From Adineta vaga (lineage: Eukaryota; Animalia; Rotifera), in assembly GCA_021613535.1 (NCBI GenBank), contig CP075493.1, positions 15,066,001 through 15,130,000 on the forward strand: DNA of 64,000 bases. Reading direction: 5' to 3'. A model generated the notes under the pieces. The model was not told the DNA's origin and did no database searches. It worked only from the letters and a program-made list of their open reading frames with translations. Below are positions 1 through 12,700 of the stretch, in pieces. A program made the position numbers and the translations under genes. Position 1 is the stretch's first letter; every line of letters begins with the position of its first letter.

Positions 1-3000
1 TTAGTACTGATTGTCTTGATGGCAGTGACGAAGGTGAAGATCGTTACGCTCCAACTTCATTAAGAAATATGTTTTGCTCACTTACGTCCACATTTCGATG
101 TCAAGAACGTATTGGTCGATATCCTAAATCTTTTCAATGCGGTGATGGTGAATATTTACTTAATTATGTTCTACCAAATGATAGAACATTTTGTTTAAAT
201 GAGAAAGATAAAAAAGTATCTCTAGCGATACTAACGAGCATGGAACATATTTCAAATATTGATTGTCAAAAAGCATTCTATTGTGCGCTTCATGCCAATC
301 GAAAATTTGGTTACGGAGGTATAGATCATACAGGTATTGAATTATTTCTAATTTTGGAAGATATTAGAGATGAGGATTGTGAACCTTTATCTAAACATTG
401 TAAATCGGAATGGTTAGTTATACCTGCTGTTCCAGTTTTATTTGGATTCTTTCAATTTGTGTATTTTACTAATCGATCTGTGGATGATTTCAAAGCATCG
501 ATAGAACCTGATCTCGTATGTTTTCATGCACGAGCATGTCCTCGAGTGGTATTGGATATAGTTCCTATTCAAGTTACTAATGGATTAACATGTTTTTCTC
601 CTGTGAATTTCTCATTGTTTTATAAATTAAACAATTTTAATGATGCATTTGACATATTTTCACATTACAATCGATATTGTCGAACGACAGGTATTGAACA
701 ATCCTGTATCAATTCATTTGATTTCTATTGTAACGAATCGATGAAATGTATTTCATATAATCGCGTTGGTGATGTTCAATCTGATTGTTATTACGGCGAA
801 GATGAACAATTTGATGCATGTCATTTGAACGATTCAAATCGATTTAAGTGTTCATCAGAGCCAAATAAATGTTTATTACAAGTTGCAACTGGTGATAACA
901 TAATCAATTGTCGTGGAGAAGAAGACGAAATGTTTGCTTATACTCAACATTTCTCTATATTATTACCTTATGCATATATATGTGATGCGGATTCACATTT
1001 GTACAGTTATTTCTATACAATGAATGATACAGATGAATCGAATTGTCATTGGTGGCCTTGTAATAATCCCTACACACATTGTAATCAATTATGGAATTGT
1101 CCAAATGGTATTGATGAACGTAACTGTCCGGATTCAAAATGTTCTTTTAATGAACATGAATGTTATAATCAACAATCGAAATCATTTTATTGTATATCCT
1201 TAACGAATATTTATGACAAATACTTTAATTCATGTAATGAAACATCTTTTGAACGTAATGTTTACTTTTACAATGGAACAGATGATATTAGTAAAGATTA
1301 CTTTTCTTGGAATAATAGTCACTGTCTAAATTTCGATAAACTCTGTCGAATGAATTCTTATTTAGAAATATCATCTTCCGAAGAAAACATTTGCCTGTAT
1401 CCATCCGAAAATTTCTATTGAACGATTGAAAAAACCATCAAACTTATTCCAAATGATGACTATCTTTGTGAATCTAAAATAGCTTTTCGTGGAAATACTC
1501 TTCCTTTTTTCAAAACATCTCGACTAGGATATTCTCCATCGTTATCAATAAATCAGTCGAATTCAGTTCAACTTCAAACAACTCCAATGAAAAAACGCAT
1601 ATTAAACATGGATACTGAATCGATTTCCTATTGTCATCGTGGTATTCTCGTGTTACGTGGTTCAAATCAAACAAAAACATGTTTCTGTCCACCGAATTAT
1701 TTCGGATCTCAATGTCAATGGCAAAATCAACGTGTTAGTTTAACTATTCAATTCGTATGGCGTAGTATGACATATCAAATGGCAATATTTGAAGCAATTA
1801 TTATGCTTATTGATGAACATGGACAAATTGAACCATATCATGAACGAATTACTTATATGCCCGATCGTGATTGTAATATAAAATACAATCTTTATTTACT
1901 TTATCCAGATCGACCAAAATCTTTATCAAAGAATTATTCAATTCGTATTGATATTTATGAAAAAATTAATTTAATCTATTGGTTAAGTTGGTATCTACCT
2001 ATATCTTTTCGATTTTTACCGGTTAATCGAATTGCTACTCAAATACCAATTTCCGAACTACCAAATCACAATTCATGCTCTCTTACGTGCGGTGAACATG
2101 GTAAATGTATGAATTATATCAATAACAAATCATTAGTTTTTTGTTTATGCAACGATGGATATTCCGGTACTTATTGTAATGTTAAACATGCATGTCATTG
2201 CTCAGATGATTCATTCTGTTTGACTTCAACCATATGTATTTGTCCATTGCATAAGTTTGGTTCATATTGTCATTTCAAGCATTCGATGTGTCAAACAACA
2301 AGCAACAATTCATGTGAACACAGTGGAGTTTGTATTCCAAGTGATGATCGAATGAATTTAACAGATTTTACTTGTTTGTGTCCAGAATATTATTCCGGAG
2401 AACGATGCCAAAATATAAATAGTCGAATTGATGTACATTTAAATAAAGACATACGATCTAGTACATCGTTAGTATTAATACATTTCATTACAGCATTTGA
2501 TCACACTGATCATCAACGAAGAACTCAATTAAAAAAGATTTCTTACAATCAAAAGATTTTAACAATTTATGCCACTCAACCATTCCATATACTTTTTGTA
2601 CAAATACCAAATCAATATTATTATTTAACAGTACTTCGAGAAGTATTTCAACCTGCGGAACATATCAGTACGGAAATACAATTGAAAAAACGTTGTTTTT
2701 CAATCGATCAACTACTGAACGAAACTTTTCAACAATATGAATATTTACGACGAGTGAAATATTATCCATTATTATGTCGAAAGAATCTCGAATTAGAATG
2801 TTTTCATGATTAAGAACATATATGTTTATGTGATCAAGATCGATTTGCTAATTGTTTTCTATTTAATCATACAAGCAATAACAATTGTCAAGGTTATAAT
2901 TATTGTGAAAATCAAGGTCAATGTTTTCAAGATAATGCAACATGTCCAACAAAACTGACATGTATCTGTCGGGATTGTTATTATGGTGGTAAACGTCAAT

Positions 3001-3998
3001 TTTCAACGAAAGGTTTTATATTTTCCCTTGATACGATTCTTGCCTATCATATTAAACCAAAGATTTCACTGACTCAACAATCATTCATCGTTAAAATAAG
3101 TATTCTTATTAGTACGATTCTGTTGGTCGTTGGAATAATCAATGGTTTATTAGCATTTGTTACATTTCGTCGAACTAAAGTTAGACAAATGGGAAGTGGT
3201 TATTATCTTTTATCTTCATCGATCGTTTCAATATTGACAATAATTACATTAACATATAAATTTTGGTTATTAATCTTATCTCAAATATCACTTATAACTA
3301 ATGTAACTTTGCTTCATTTCAATTGTATTACAATCGATGTTCTTCTTCTAATTCTTCTTTCATCAAGTGAATGGTGTAATTGTTCTGTATCGATTGAAAG
3401 AATGTTTAGTGTTATTATGGGTACTCATTTTCGAAGAAAGAAAAGTGTCAGATTTTCTAAACGGATCATCATAATTATATTTATTTTGGTAACATCGACA
3501 CATATGCATGAACCATATCATCGTCAATTGATTGATGATTTTGATATTGATGAACATCGAATTTGGTGTTTTGTTCGATATTCATCTTCGATTCAAAAAT
3601 ACAATTCATTTATTACTCTCTTTCATTTTCTTACACCTTTTTCAATTAATATCGTTTCTTCTCTTTGGATGATTATTCAATTAGCTTATAGACGACGTGG
3701 TGTAGAACGTGGTCAAACAATACAACATCATTTAAGACATCAAATTCAACAACATCAACATCTTTTATATTCACCTTTGATATTAATATTATTAAGTTTA
3801 CCTCGTTTGATCATTTCATTTACACGTACTTGTATGAGATCAACACGGGAACCATGGTTATTTTTGATTGGTTATTTCCTTTCATTCGTACCATCAATGT
3901 CAATATTTATTGTTTTTGTATTACCATCAAAAACATACAAGACAGAATTCAATGCAGTCATCGAAAAAGTGTTAAAAAAATTTCGTACAGCGCAGTAA
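1..3998 (+). pseudogene. LDLa/EGF-repeat rhodopsin-type GPCR (5' end outside window) with two in-frame stops
   Basis: ORFs 69-1421, 1587-2813 and 3123-3998 share one frame, broken only by TGA 1419-1421 and TAA 2811-2813, and the sequence between them stays open and Cys-rich. LDLa (DCLDGSDE, NCPNGIDE), EGF repeats and a 7TM region with SIER are present. An expected EGF Cys reads Arg (YYGGKRQF). Confidence 0.75.
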
Positions 3999-4187
3999 TC
4001 TTATAAAAATCGCTTCATTCTCTATTTGCTTTGTTCATCTTGATTCACTTCGGTTTTTCAGAATATTAAAGAGGTTGATAATTACAATCGACGCCATATG
4101 TATGAGTTATTCGATATATTGGTCTATGTGATAGGTAGAAGATTTGTGAAGTATGTGAAAGGATAAAACAAGAAAAGATAACTTAGA

Positions 4188-5238
4188 TCATCCTCTAACA
4201 GGATTGCCAGTACTCGTAATCGTTGCAGGATGAATTAAACGTCTTCTTGTTCCAGTTAAAGCCCAACATTGTTTTCGAAAACTACGGTTTGATAATATTG
4301 AAACGTAGAAACTTCCAGCAGCAAATAAATAGGATGATAATCGAACAAAAACAATAATCAAATCTTCTACAGCAATTTGGAAGGATGATTTTATCCATTC
4401 ATCCGTAAACATAAAATAGAGCGAAAAAGCTCCAAATGGAACATAATTAATAATAGCAATAATTGACTGTAGAAATAACATAATTGTTAACTGTGAATCC
4501 ATCTCGTGATTAGGTGTTTGACTATGAAGAGCCGCACGTCGTTTAGCCATACTACGAATATTATACCAAAGTAGACTTGCCAGTATGATAACAAGCAAAG
4601 GAGAACCTATTGCCGAAAGAGATACATCCAGATAAGTATCAAAAGTTCGATAAATTCCTTGTTGCGACCAACAAAATCCATCTATAACCGTATAATAAAT
4701 CAATCGATGACCGCTGAGCACTAGCCAAAGAAGAGCGTTTAATACTATAATTTTGTAAGCTAGTGGAACACGGTTACTCCATTTTCGTAATTCTAGAAAA
4801 AAAGACTTAAATGAAGATAATAAAATATTAAGTACTATGCTTACTGGCTGAACGTTGTACACATAGAATTCTGTCCAATGCAGCATATAAGAACAATGTA
4901 TTTTCATTTTGATACATAAATAATGAAATAAATTCTCGAATTCTACAGAATGGTTCTGATGCACTCATCAATGGTATATGAAAGCTATTTTGTAATATGC
5001 GTGTTAACAGTATACAATCAAGAATAAATAAACTAGCAATTGTTTCCCAGAATAAATAGATAAAACAAGCTTGTCGACGATATGCTTCGGATCGAAATAC
5101 AAGTATATTTCCAACACATCCGATGTTTCCAGCCACTAATAGAAAGATTCCACCATAGGTCATTATATGAATACTAATACTTGTGATTGTACTTTCAAAA
5201 GTACTAGTTATTGTGTCCGTTGTTGTACTATTGCTCAT
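4188..5238 (-). CDS. Rhodopsin-like GPCR, 2 exons
   Basis: Start MSNSTTT at 5238. GT-AG intron 4793-4844 joins ALDRILCVQRSA to KLRKWS in frame. GN motif in TM1 and SFYV in TM7. Confidence 0.85.
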
Positions 5239-5978
5239 GTTTTGCGATATTAAAATCCTTCTGTTTTTGTGACGAATAGTGTTTAGAAAGTAGTCCAAGT
5301 GAAAGTATAAAAAGTGTGAATAGGGATTTATATATATACATCTCTTTTGATGGATTTTTAAGTGTTTAAATGCTAATGGAATAGCATTATTTTTATCACG
5401 TTTGTCAATGGTACAATTATTGATGCAATTCCGAAATGCCTTTTAGCTAATTTGACCCAGTTCAATAACTTGAATATGAATATAAGAAAATGTTATATGT
5501 AGGGACATTTTTCTCGAGTACCCGTTTTTGTAGAATACTGAGAGCAATTATATTCAGTAGATGAATTTCCCACTGCTTTTCGATCGTCAATTGTATGATA
5601 TCTAGATCAGGAGAAAGAGTATCCAACATGTCTTAAATGCCCATGTACATTCTTTATCTGTTACTGTACCACAACTATGCAAGATACAAGGACACATGAG
5701 TGAAAGTTCTGTGTATATCTTCTATTTGAATCAACTTCTCATATCATTGTTTTGAACAGATAAAAGAAAATAAAAATCGAGGTCATTTTTTGTTAAACCG
5801 GTTTTTGTACTTTCAGTTTGCATGTGAAATGACATGTGCACTAGAGATAAGGAAAAAGAAGTATAAATAATGATCTTATAACTTATTATAAACTAAATAG
5901 AAGAATAAGGTAAAAAGCAGAATACCAGAGAGATTTGTTATTACTTCATTTTTATTAACTTACAAATGGTCTTCTAGA

Positions 5979-6338
5979 TGTTCTCAAAGTCAATGTTGTT
6001 ATTTTACGAATCAATAAACGATTAGTAAAGTATTAAATAATCCGAATAAATTATCGTTTATATCTGAACGAACTGGTGCCACTTGTTCAACAACGAAATA
6101 CGAGAATATTATAGATTTTCCGAACGGTTCTTCTTTCATGGATTCAACAGGTCCAAGATCAATAATCTGGGTAATAAATAAAAATAATACCGCTATTGCT
6201 GCCGTCGATTATCAATATACGAATTGTACATCCGAAACAATAAATATAACAAACTCAAGTATTAAAAATAATGTTTACACGATATATATGATCATTATGA
6301 TTAACTTCGTTGTATTAATCAAATGGTTTTATGTATAA
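5979..6338 (+). pseudogene. Possible remnant exon of a small Cys-containing protein with hydrophobic C-terminus
   Basis: After an AG acceptor at 5976-5977 the frame reads CSQSQCCYFTNQ*TISK... and runs into ORF 6138-6338, which has a hydrophobic tail. One in-frame TAA. Confidence 0.3.
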
Positions 6339-7345
6339 AAACAAAACTAATAGTACTTGGAAATTTAAGGGTGTGAGTAATTTATTCGTGTATCATCCAC
6401 AGCCTCAAAATAAAATATATTGAATAAAAATTGCTACGAGATAAATAATGTTTGTTTTCTTCATTGTGAGAATTCCCAAGATTCATCTTATTTTTAGTTA
6501 CGATTTTTGATTGAAATAGAAGGAGGTATATTTTATTGTTATTATTTATCATAGAAAACTAAACAACTCATTTGTGAGCATCTTGCGCATTTTTAGCGAT
6601 TGTATAGGTTGTAGCATTATGATTAGTTCGACGAATTGTAAGTGGAAGGATATTTCTATACTTATATCAATCGAACTATAGTCACAGATTGCCAATGGTT
6701 TATTGATGATCGGATTGGTACCTAATGGACGCCAAACGTTGATTATTTGAAACCAATTTTGTCTTACCTTTTCACTCTCTTCTATGTCAAAACAATCATC
6801 TATCCATTCTCGAGCTGTAATTAGATCAGCGTCGACATGAGGATGAAATACCGGATTTCTATAAGTATCGATGAGGGTGGGTGTGAGTGTATATAAATTT
6901 GTAAAAAGGCGCCCGCACCCTCAAGGTGCAAATAAACGATTTTGATATTTTTTGCTGTTGTAACAATTGTTGTTTTTGCTTGTTTTCTAAATTGATCATT
7001 TTCTGATAACAAAAAGGTTCATTATTTAGATATTGTATGATTTCCAATGCCCATTCATTACAGTTCATAAATATGCACGTAATGTGTCTTCGCTTACGAA
7101 TTGTATTTATGACTAATAAAGTCTAAATGTTTATCGATTGAAAAAAATATCTATGAGCACTTTTTTGAAATCGTCATTTATATTCGAAGTCGAATTAGAC
7201 AGCTACTCGATTATATTATTTATTTATTTCAAATGTGTAAAAATATGGATATTCTTTGGAACTTTCATTAACAGTTTTGAAGGAGATTTGAAGTACCATG
7301 AATGAACATTATTTAAAAGTATTAAAAAAAATTAAATAAAATAGT

Positions 7346-8943
7346 CTACAACAATTCATACTTCATTACTTTCCCATTGGCTAAGAACGCATACATATTC
7401 ATATGTGAATCAAATGCAATATCGACTGGATCATAATTTGTTGTTATAACAACGTTACCCACCGTTGAGTTAACACAATACATCACTATTCGTGAATTAC
7501 TCATGTCTGCAACATACAAATTACCTTGCGGATCTCGTTTCATGCCTCTGGGGTTGCTGAGTGTTAAAGGACTACTAATAACATTGGTATAAGTTACATT
7601 GGGTGTTGAGTCTCCAAATATCCATAAAAACACATTGTTACCGCTTTCATCACTCATATATATTTGATTTGGTGTGCCATGTGGAAGTAAAAGTGCAGAC
7701 AATCTGGCGACGTAACTACTAGTATTAATAACAGTGATCAAACTCGATGCATTCGGAGCTAATTGTACCACTCTCGTGGCAGATTGATCCGCAATATAAA
7801 GATTAAAACTGTCATCAATAGCAATACCCGTAGGATGACTAAGAGTACCACTGACAGATGATCCCGTTCCAGCAACGATTGTTCCGCTGGGAGAGCCTGG
7901 TGCGTAGTTACGTACTCGATCGGAAGCGTGATCGTTTGTATACATGTATCCAATTTTATCAAATGTGATATAATCAATGTGATCACCATAGATTACTGTT
8001 GCTGCACTCGTGGTTGTTCCGTTACTTGGACACATGAGTACTTGTCCAATGTTATGGCCACTAAGGTAGATGATGTCAGTCGAATCTATGTAAATACTTG
8101 TAGGGTTTGATATAGAACTTGAACTAGTGCCAGCAACAGCAATACCAGTTTGATTCCAGCAGTAATTCGTACCTTAGGGAATTGATGTATTAGATAAATG
8201 TAACTAAAATTGGTAGAAATATTCACATGAAGTACATCCGGTCGTGGTAGTCGTTGTACTAGCAGTACTTGTTGTCGTTGTTGTTGTTGATGTCGATGTT
8301 GTTGCAGTACTTGTTGTTGTTACTGATGTTGTTGTGCTGGTACTGCTTGTTGTCGATACTGATGTGGATGTCGCTGCACTAGTTACTGATGTCGTTGTCG
8401 TTTGTGTTGATGTTGATGTTGTAGTGGTAGTGGTGACGGTTGTACCTGTTGATGTTATTGTAGTTGTTACTGATGTTATTAGATAAAAATATTCATTCAA
8501 TATTATACAACTCTCTTTCTCTCATAATAGTTCACTTACCTGCTGGTTGTGCGTTTGTATTTATGCCATTTTGGGAATTATGTGCTAAAATTTGAGAAAA
8601 AAAAACTAGAAGCACTTGTATACTACACCAACATCCTTACTTGACAGCGGTTTTAGCCACAGTGTTAAGATAACAGCTAAACCGATACTTGCAACTAGCG
8701 CACCAATTAATAAACCAACTAAACATGCTTTACACTCGAAACAACATAGGATATAACCTGCTGCACGCCTAGATTGATTATTGATCAATATAACGGAACA
8801 TAATATAAATTAGTGTATGATATACTTTGTATCACTGTATTGATCATCGTCATCATCCTCATTGCAAACGTTGATTGATTGTTGTTTCAATGTCTAAAAT
8901 AATTTCATATCGACTAAGTATCATTCATAACGTTACTCACCAT
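7346..8943 (-). CDS. Membrane-anchored NHL-repeat (beta-propeller) protein with Thr/Ser-rich stalk, multi-exon
   Basis: ATG at 8943 followed directly by a GTGAGT donor. TM exon ~8640-8760, Thr-rich exon ~8235-8480, last exon with NHL repeats (LSHPTGIAID..NLYIAD, LSNPRGM..NLYVAD). Confidence 0.8.
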
Positions 8944-9071
8944 TTTGATTGTATTAAGTCTTTTCAGATTCTAAACAATTGAAAAGTATCGGTTTTATTC
9001 TGAAAGATTTTTTTTCATAATAAAAATATTCGCTCCTAGACAACCCTTGAAAATAACAAGAAAAAATCGTG

Positions 9072-9074
<3 letters not shown>

Positions 9075-9101
<27 letters not shown>
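9075..9101. repeat. (TA)n microsatellite
   Basis: Uninterrupted TA run. Confidence 0.9.
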
Positions 9102-9105
<4 letters not shown>

Positions 9106-9732
9106 TTATTTATTTCTATGTCATCTTTTTGGAGTAACTCAATCCGATAATTGAAATTCTGTTTTCTTCCTTAATAATGACATATGTTTCGATTGGGTTT
9201 CCAAGTAGCATAATGTTTATACAATTTCATCGCTCGATGCAAATTCTGTTTGACAAATATTGAAACAAAATATTGTTTGAAATTGAAAGTTTTCTTCGAG
9301 AAAAATGAATAGTCTGAGAAAAGATGAATGCGAAATGAACATGAAAGTTGATAAAGCATCAATTAATCCTATATTTTCAATATAACCTCTAATGAATAAA
9401 TCATGTGTGATGTTGTTTACGAAAATGAAGCTGAGGGTGTGAGTGGCCACTCAATTTCATCCTCATACCTATACCCACCCACATGCACACCCTCAACCTA
9501 TGTTAGCAAAGATATTCTATTTCTCGAGTATAAGTAATTTATACGATCTACACGATCATCCAACTTTAGAAGATCGCACATTAGTTGCACTTACTAATAA
9601 CTACACTCTCAAGTTTATTTTAAAATGTGTTTAACAAAACTACAAAGCAAGGTTCATATACAAAGTGATCTATGATAGTATAAGAGATTTCTAATATAAA
9701 CTACTGTAGAAGCAATGAAATGTTTCATTAGT

Positions 9733-12700
9733 TTAAACCGATGCTGAACATTCGATAAATCTTGGATTAAATGATTGAAATGGATATTTTCTTGTCTTAT
9801 TACGTTGATCAATATCTTTCGATAAATTTCTTAAATCATTTTTAAATTCTTGATAATTCTTCAAATTTTTTTGATAATTTTGATCATGTTCAATTAAATG
9901 ACTCCAATCTTCTAATAATCCAGGCATTCGTAAACCAGTAACAACAGTTAAAATAAGTATTTGTGTATATGTTTGAATATTTTGCATTTCTTTTCCTTCT
10001 TGTAATTTTGCTCCAATAAATCGTGGATCAATCATATAACCACTAATTTGACCAACATGTTCATGTATACCAGTACTATCAGCAATCAATTGTGATAAAA
10101 CATCAACAAAACGTTTCAATGAAGTAATACCAGGTATTCCAAGTTGTTTGCATAGATCATCAATAAAATTCATCATATACGAATCGACTGGTAATTTATC
10201 ATCGGATAAATTCGTTTCGACTTGTTCATCATCGATATCGATGTGTAAATTATAAGTTATTTCGAAGAAATTTGCAACATATTGTTGTATAATTCTCCAA
10301 AACTCTTTAATATCCAAATAAATTGGATAGACTTTATCCCATTCTTTCTTTTCCGCATCACCTTTCGGAAACATTGATGGAGAAATAAATTCTGGTAATA
10401 ATCGAAATTTATAATTTGTTGATATATAATCACAAACTTTCAAAAATTCATCATAATCAAATGCCCATATTCGATGAACTAGACCACGTCGATTGACTAA
10501 TGACATTGCTGCTTGATAATTAACTGAAATATTATGATATGTAAATGGTTTAAGAAATGATCTTAATGGATGATCTACTGGTAAACATTTTCGTGTTGCA
10601 GTAACAAATGCATTACATTCGATCATATGTGTAACAATGAGATGATCACATATGGTTACATATGCAAAGAATGATGAACGCCAAACATATTTTGCATGTT
10701 CCCAAAATTGATCATCTTTTTCAACTAAACGATTAGCATGACACCAATAAATAGCAATCAATTGAAAATCTTTATCGAAATATGCAGCTGCTCCATAACG
10801 TTCAAATGGTTTTCGTACATTAAAAATCGATAAAACTGTCATATCATTAACATAGAGTGCAGCATTGTCTAAAGATCTTTGTTCCGGTATTCCAAATCCT
10901 GGTTTCCATTTACCTTCAATACGTTGAGTATAATGACATGCACAGCCAAAAAATGCTAATCGACTCATGGCTTCATCGGAGAACATATCGGTATAAACAA
11001 TATTTGGTAAAGGTAATGCAGGAAAGATCTTTGAACTCCATGCAAGTGCTTGTTCTAATGTTTCAAATTCAGCTAAACAATCATAAAAATCCCAAAGAGT
11101 ACTGTTAACTAACCAACGAGCAAATTTTCTTGATAAACCTGAACCATCTGGTTCATCTTCATCCCATGATGGAATAAATTTTGCCATATCAATTCGAATT
11201 ATTCCAAGTTTTTCGATCGGTAAATTCAATGGTGGTCTTATATCAATAGCACGTGATGGAGATGTATTGGATTCTTTAACAGCTGTTTTCATTAATAACC
11301 AAACAAGTTTTGTATATGTATCTAATGTTTTCCAACATCGACGCTTTTCTGTATCATTTAATTTTCGAATTTTTCTCTTGAATAAAACCATTTCTTTTTC
11401 ATTGGAATCATTTTTCTCTTCTTCTTCTTGATCAGATGATGAACTTTGTTTTTGTTCATCGAAATCATCGATAATTGGTAAAAATCGTTCAGCAACATAT
11501 TGAATAACATCAAGAGCTAAATCATGTCCTGGACAATAACGTATTGGTCGTTTAGTTCGATCTGGATTGATAATATCTTCTTCAACACCATTCCAAACAA
11601 TAAGTTTGTTTAAATCTGATCGATCGGGTAAGAATTCTTCAGGATTTTGAAAAATAGTTTCATCACGATTTGCATTAACAAGTGAACAATGAATCGGTGT
11701 ATTTTCCGGTATGTGAATATGTTCATTTTGAATTTCATTGATAATTTCATTTGTTGCTAAGACATTCACTGTCGGAACAACTTTATCAAGTCGTGCACAT
11801 TCTTTAATGAAATTATGTGGATTCTTCTTAAATAAAGGAACATTTTTTTCCTTATCTGTCCATAATCGATCAATAACTGTCACTGCTAATTTTGCCGGTG
11901 CTGGACTTCCAGCTACACAAAAGACGACGGTAATAAATTTGAAAATTTCTTCACGAGATTTTTTCATTTCAGCTGCAGCTACAGCAGCTTTAAAAGCTGG
12001 TCCATTTTCATATCGTGAAAATGCTTGAAGAAGAGTATAATAACTACGTAAATTCTTCCGTTCAAAATAATGACCATTTAATAAGAAATTAAACCAATTT
12101 GGAAAGAATATCAATGGATTTTTAACACAATCAATAAAAGCTGAACGTTCTTGTTTTGTTAATTCTCCATTTGTTGCTAAGAAAAACATAACTTCACCAA
12201 CTGCTTGATAAACTAAATCATCCGTTGGTTTTTCATTCATTTGACGTGGAAGAATTCGTGCTAATTGTAATCGTGTTTCGAAATTTCCATTTTGTAAATT
12301 ATGAGGAAATGCATGTAACCATTGAAAGATTATCTTTCGACCTAATTGCATATCAGGATCGTCTGTAGAAAGAAAAATGGTTGTAAAATTACAAAATGTT
12401 TTCAATGATTGTGAAACTTCCCATGCTAATAATTCACAATCTTTACGTGGTCGAAGTTCTTGAACAAATCGTTTAACTAATTGATATGAATTCACAGCTA
12501 AACCATTACCCAAAACAAAATAAGGAGAATTATAAACATGACGAAAATAATCTTCTAATGATTTGAATAAATAAACAGGTTGTGCAGAATTCGAAATATA
12601 TTCAATAAATGTAGCGAATTGTAAGAGAAGAGATTTCAAATGCCAAAGATGATTTCGTTTGTCAATCGATGTATTGAGTAATGTTAATCTCATATTTGCT

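Noticed and set aside
1419-2813. Stop-codon reassignment or selenocysteine readthrough
   Set aside because: Two different stops are involved, and TAA, TAG and TGA all end intact genes elsewhere in the window.
8244-8486. Val-rich ORF on the plus strand
   Set aside because: Antisense shadow of the Thr-rich stalk exon.
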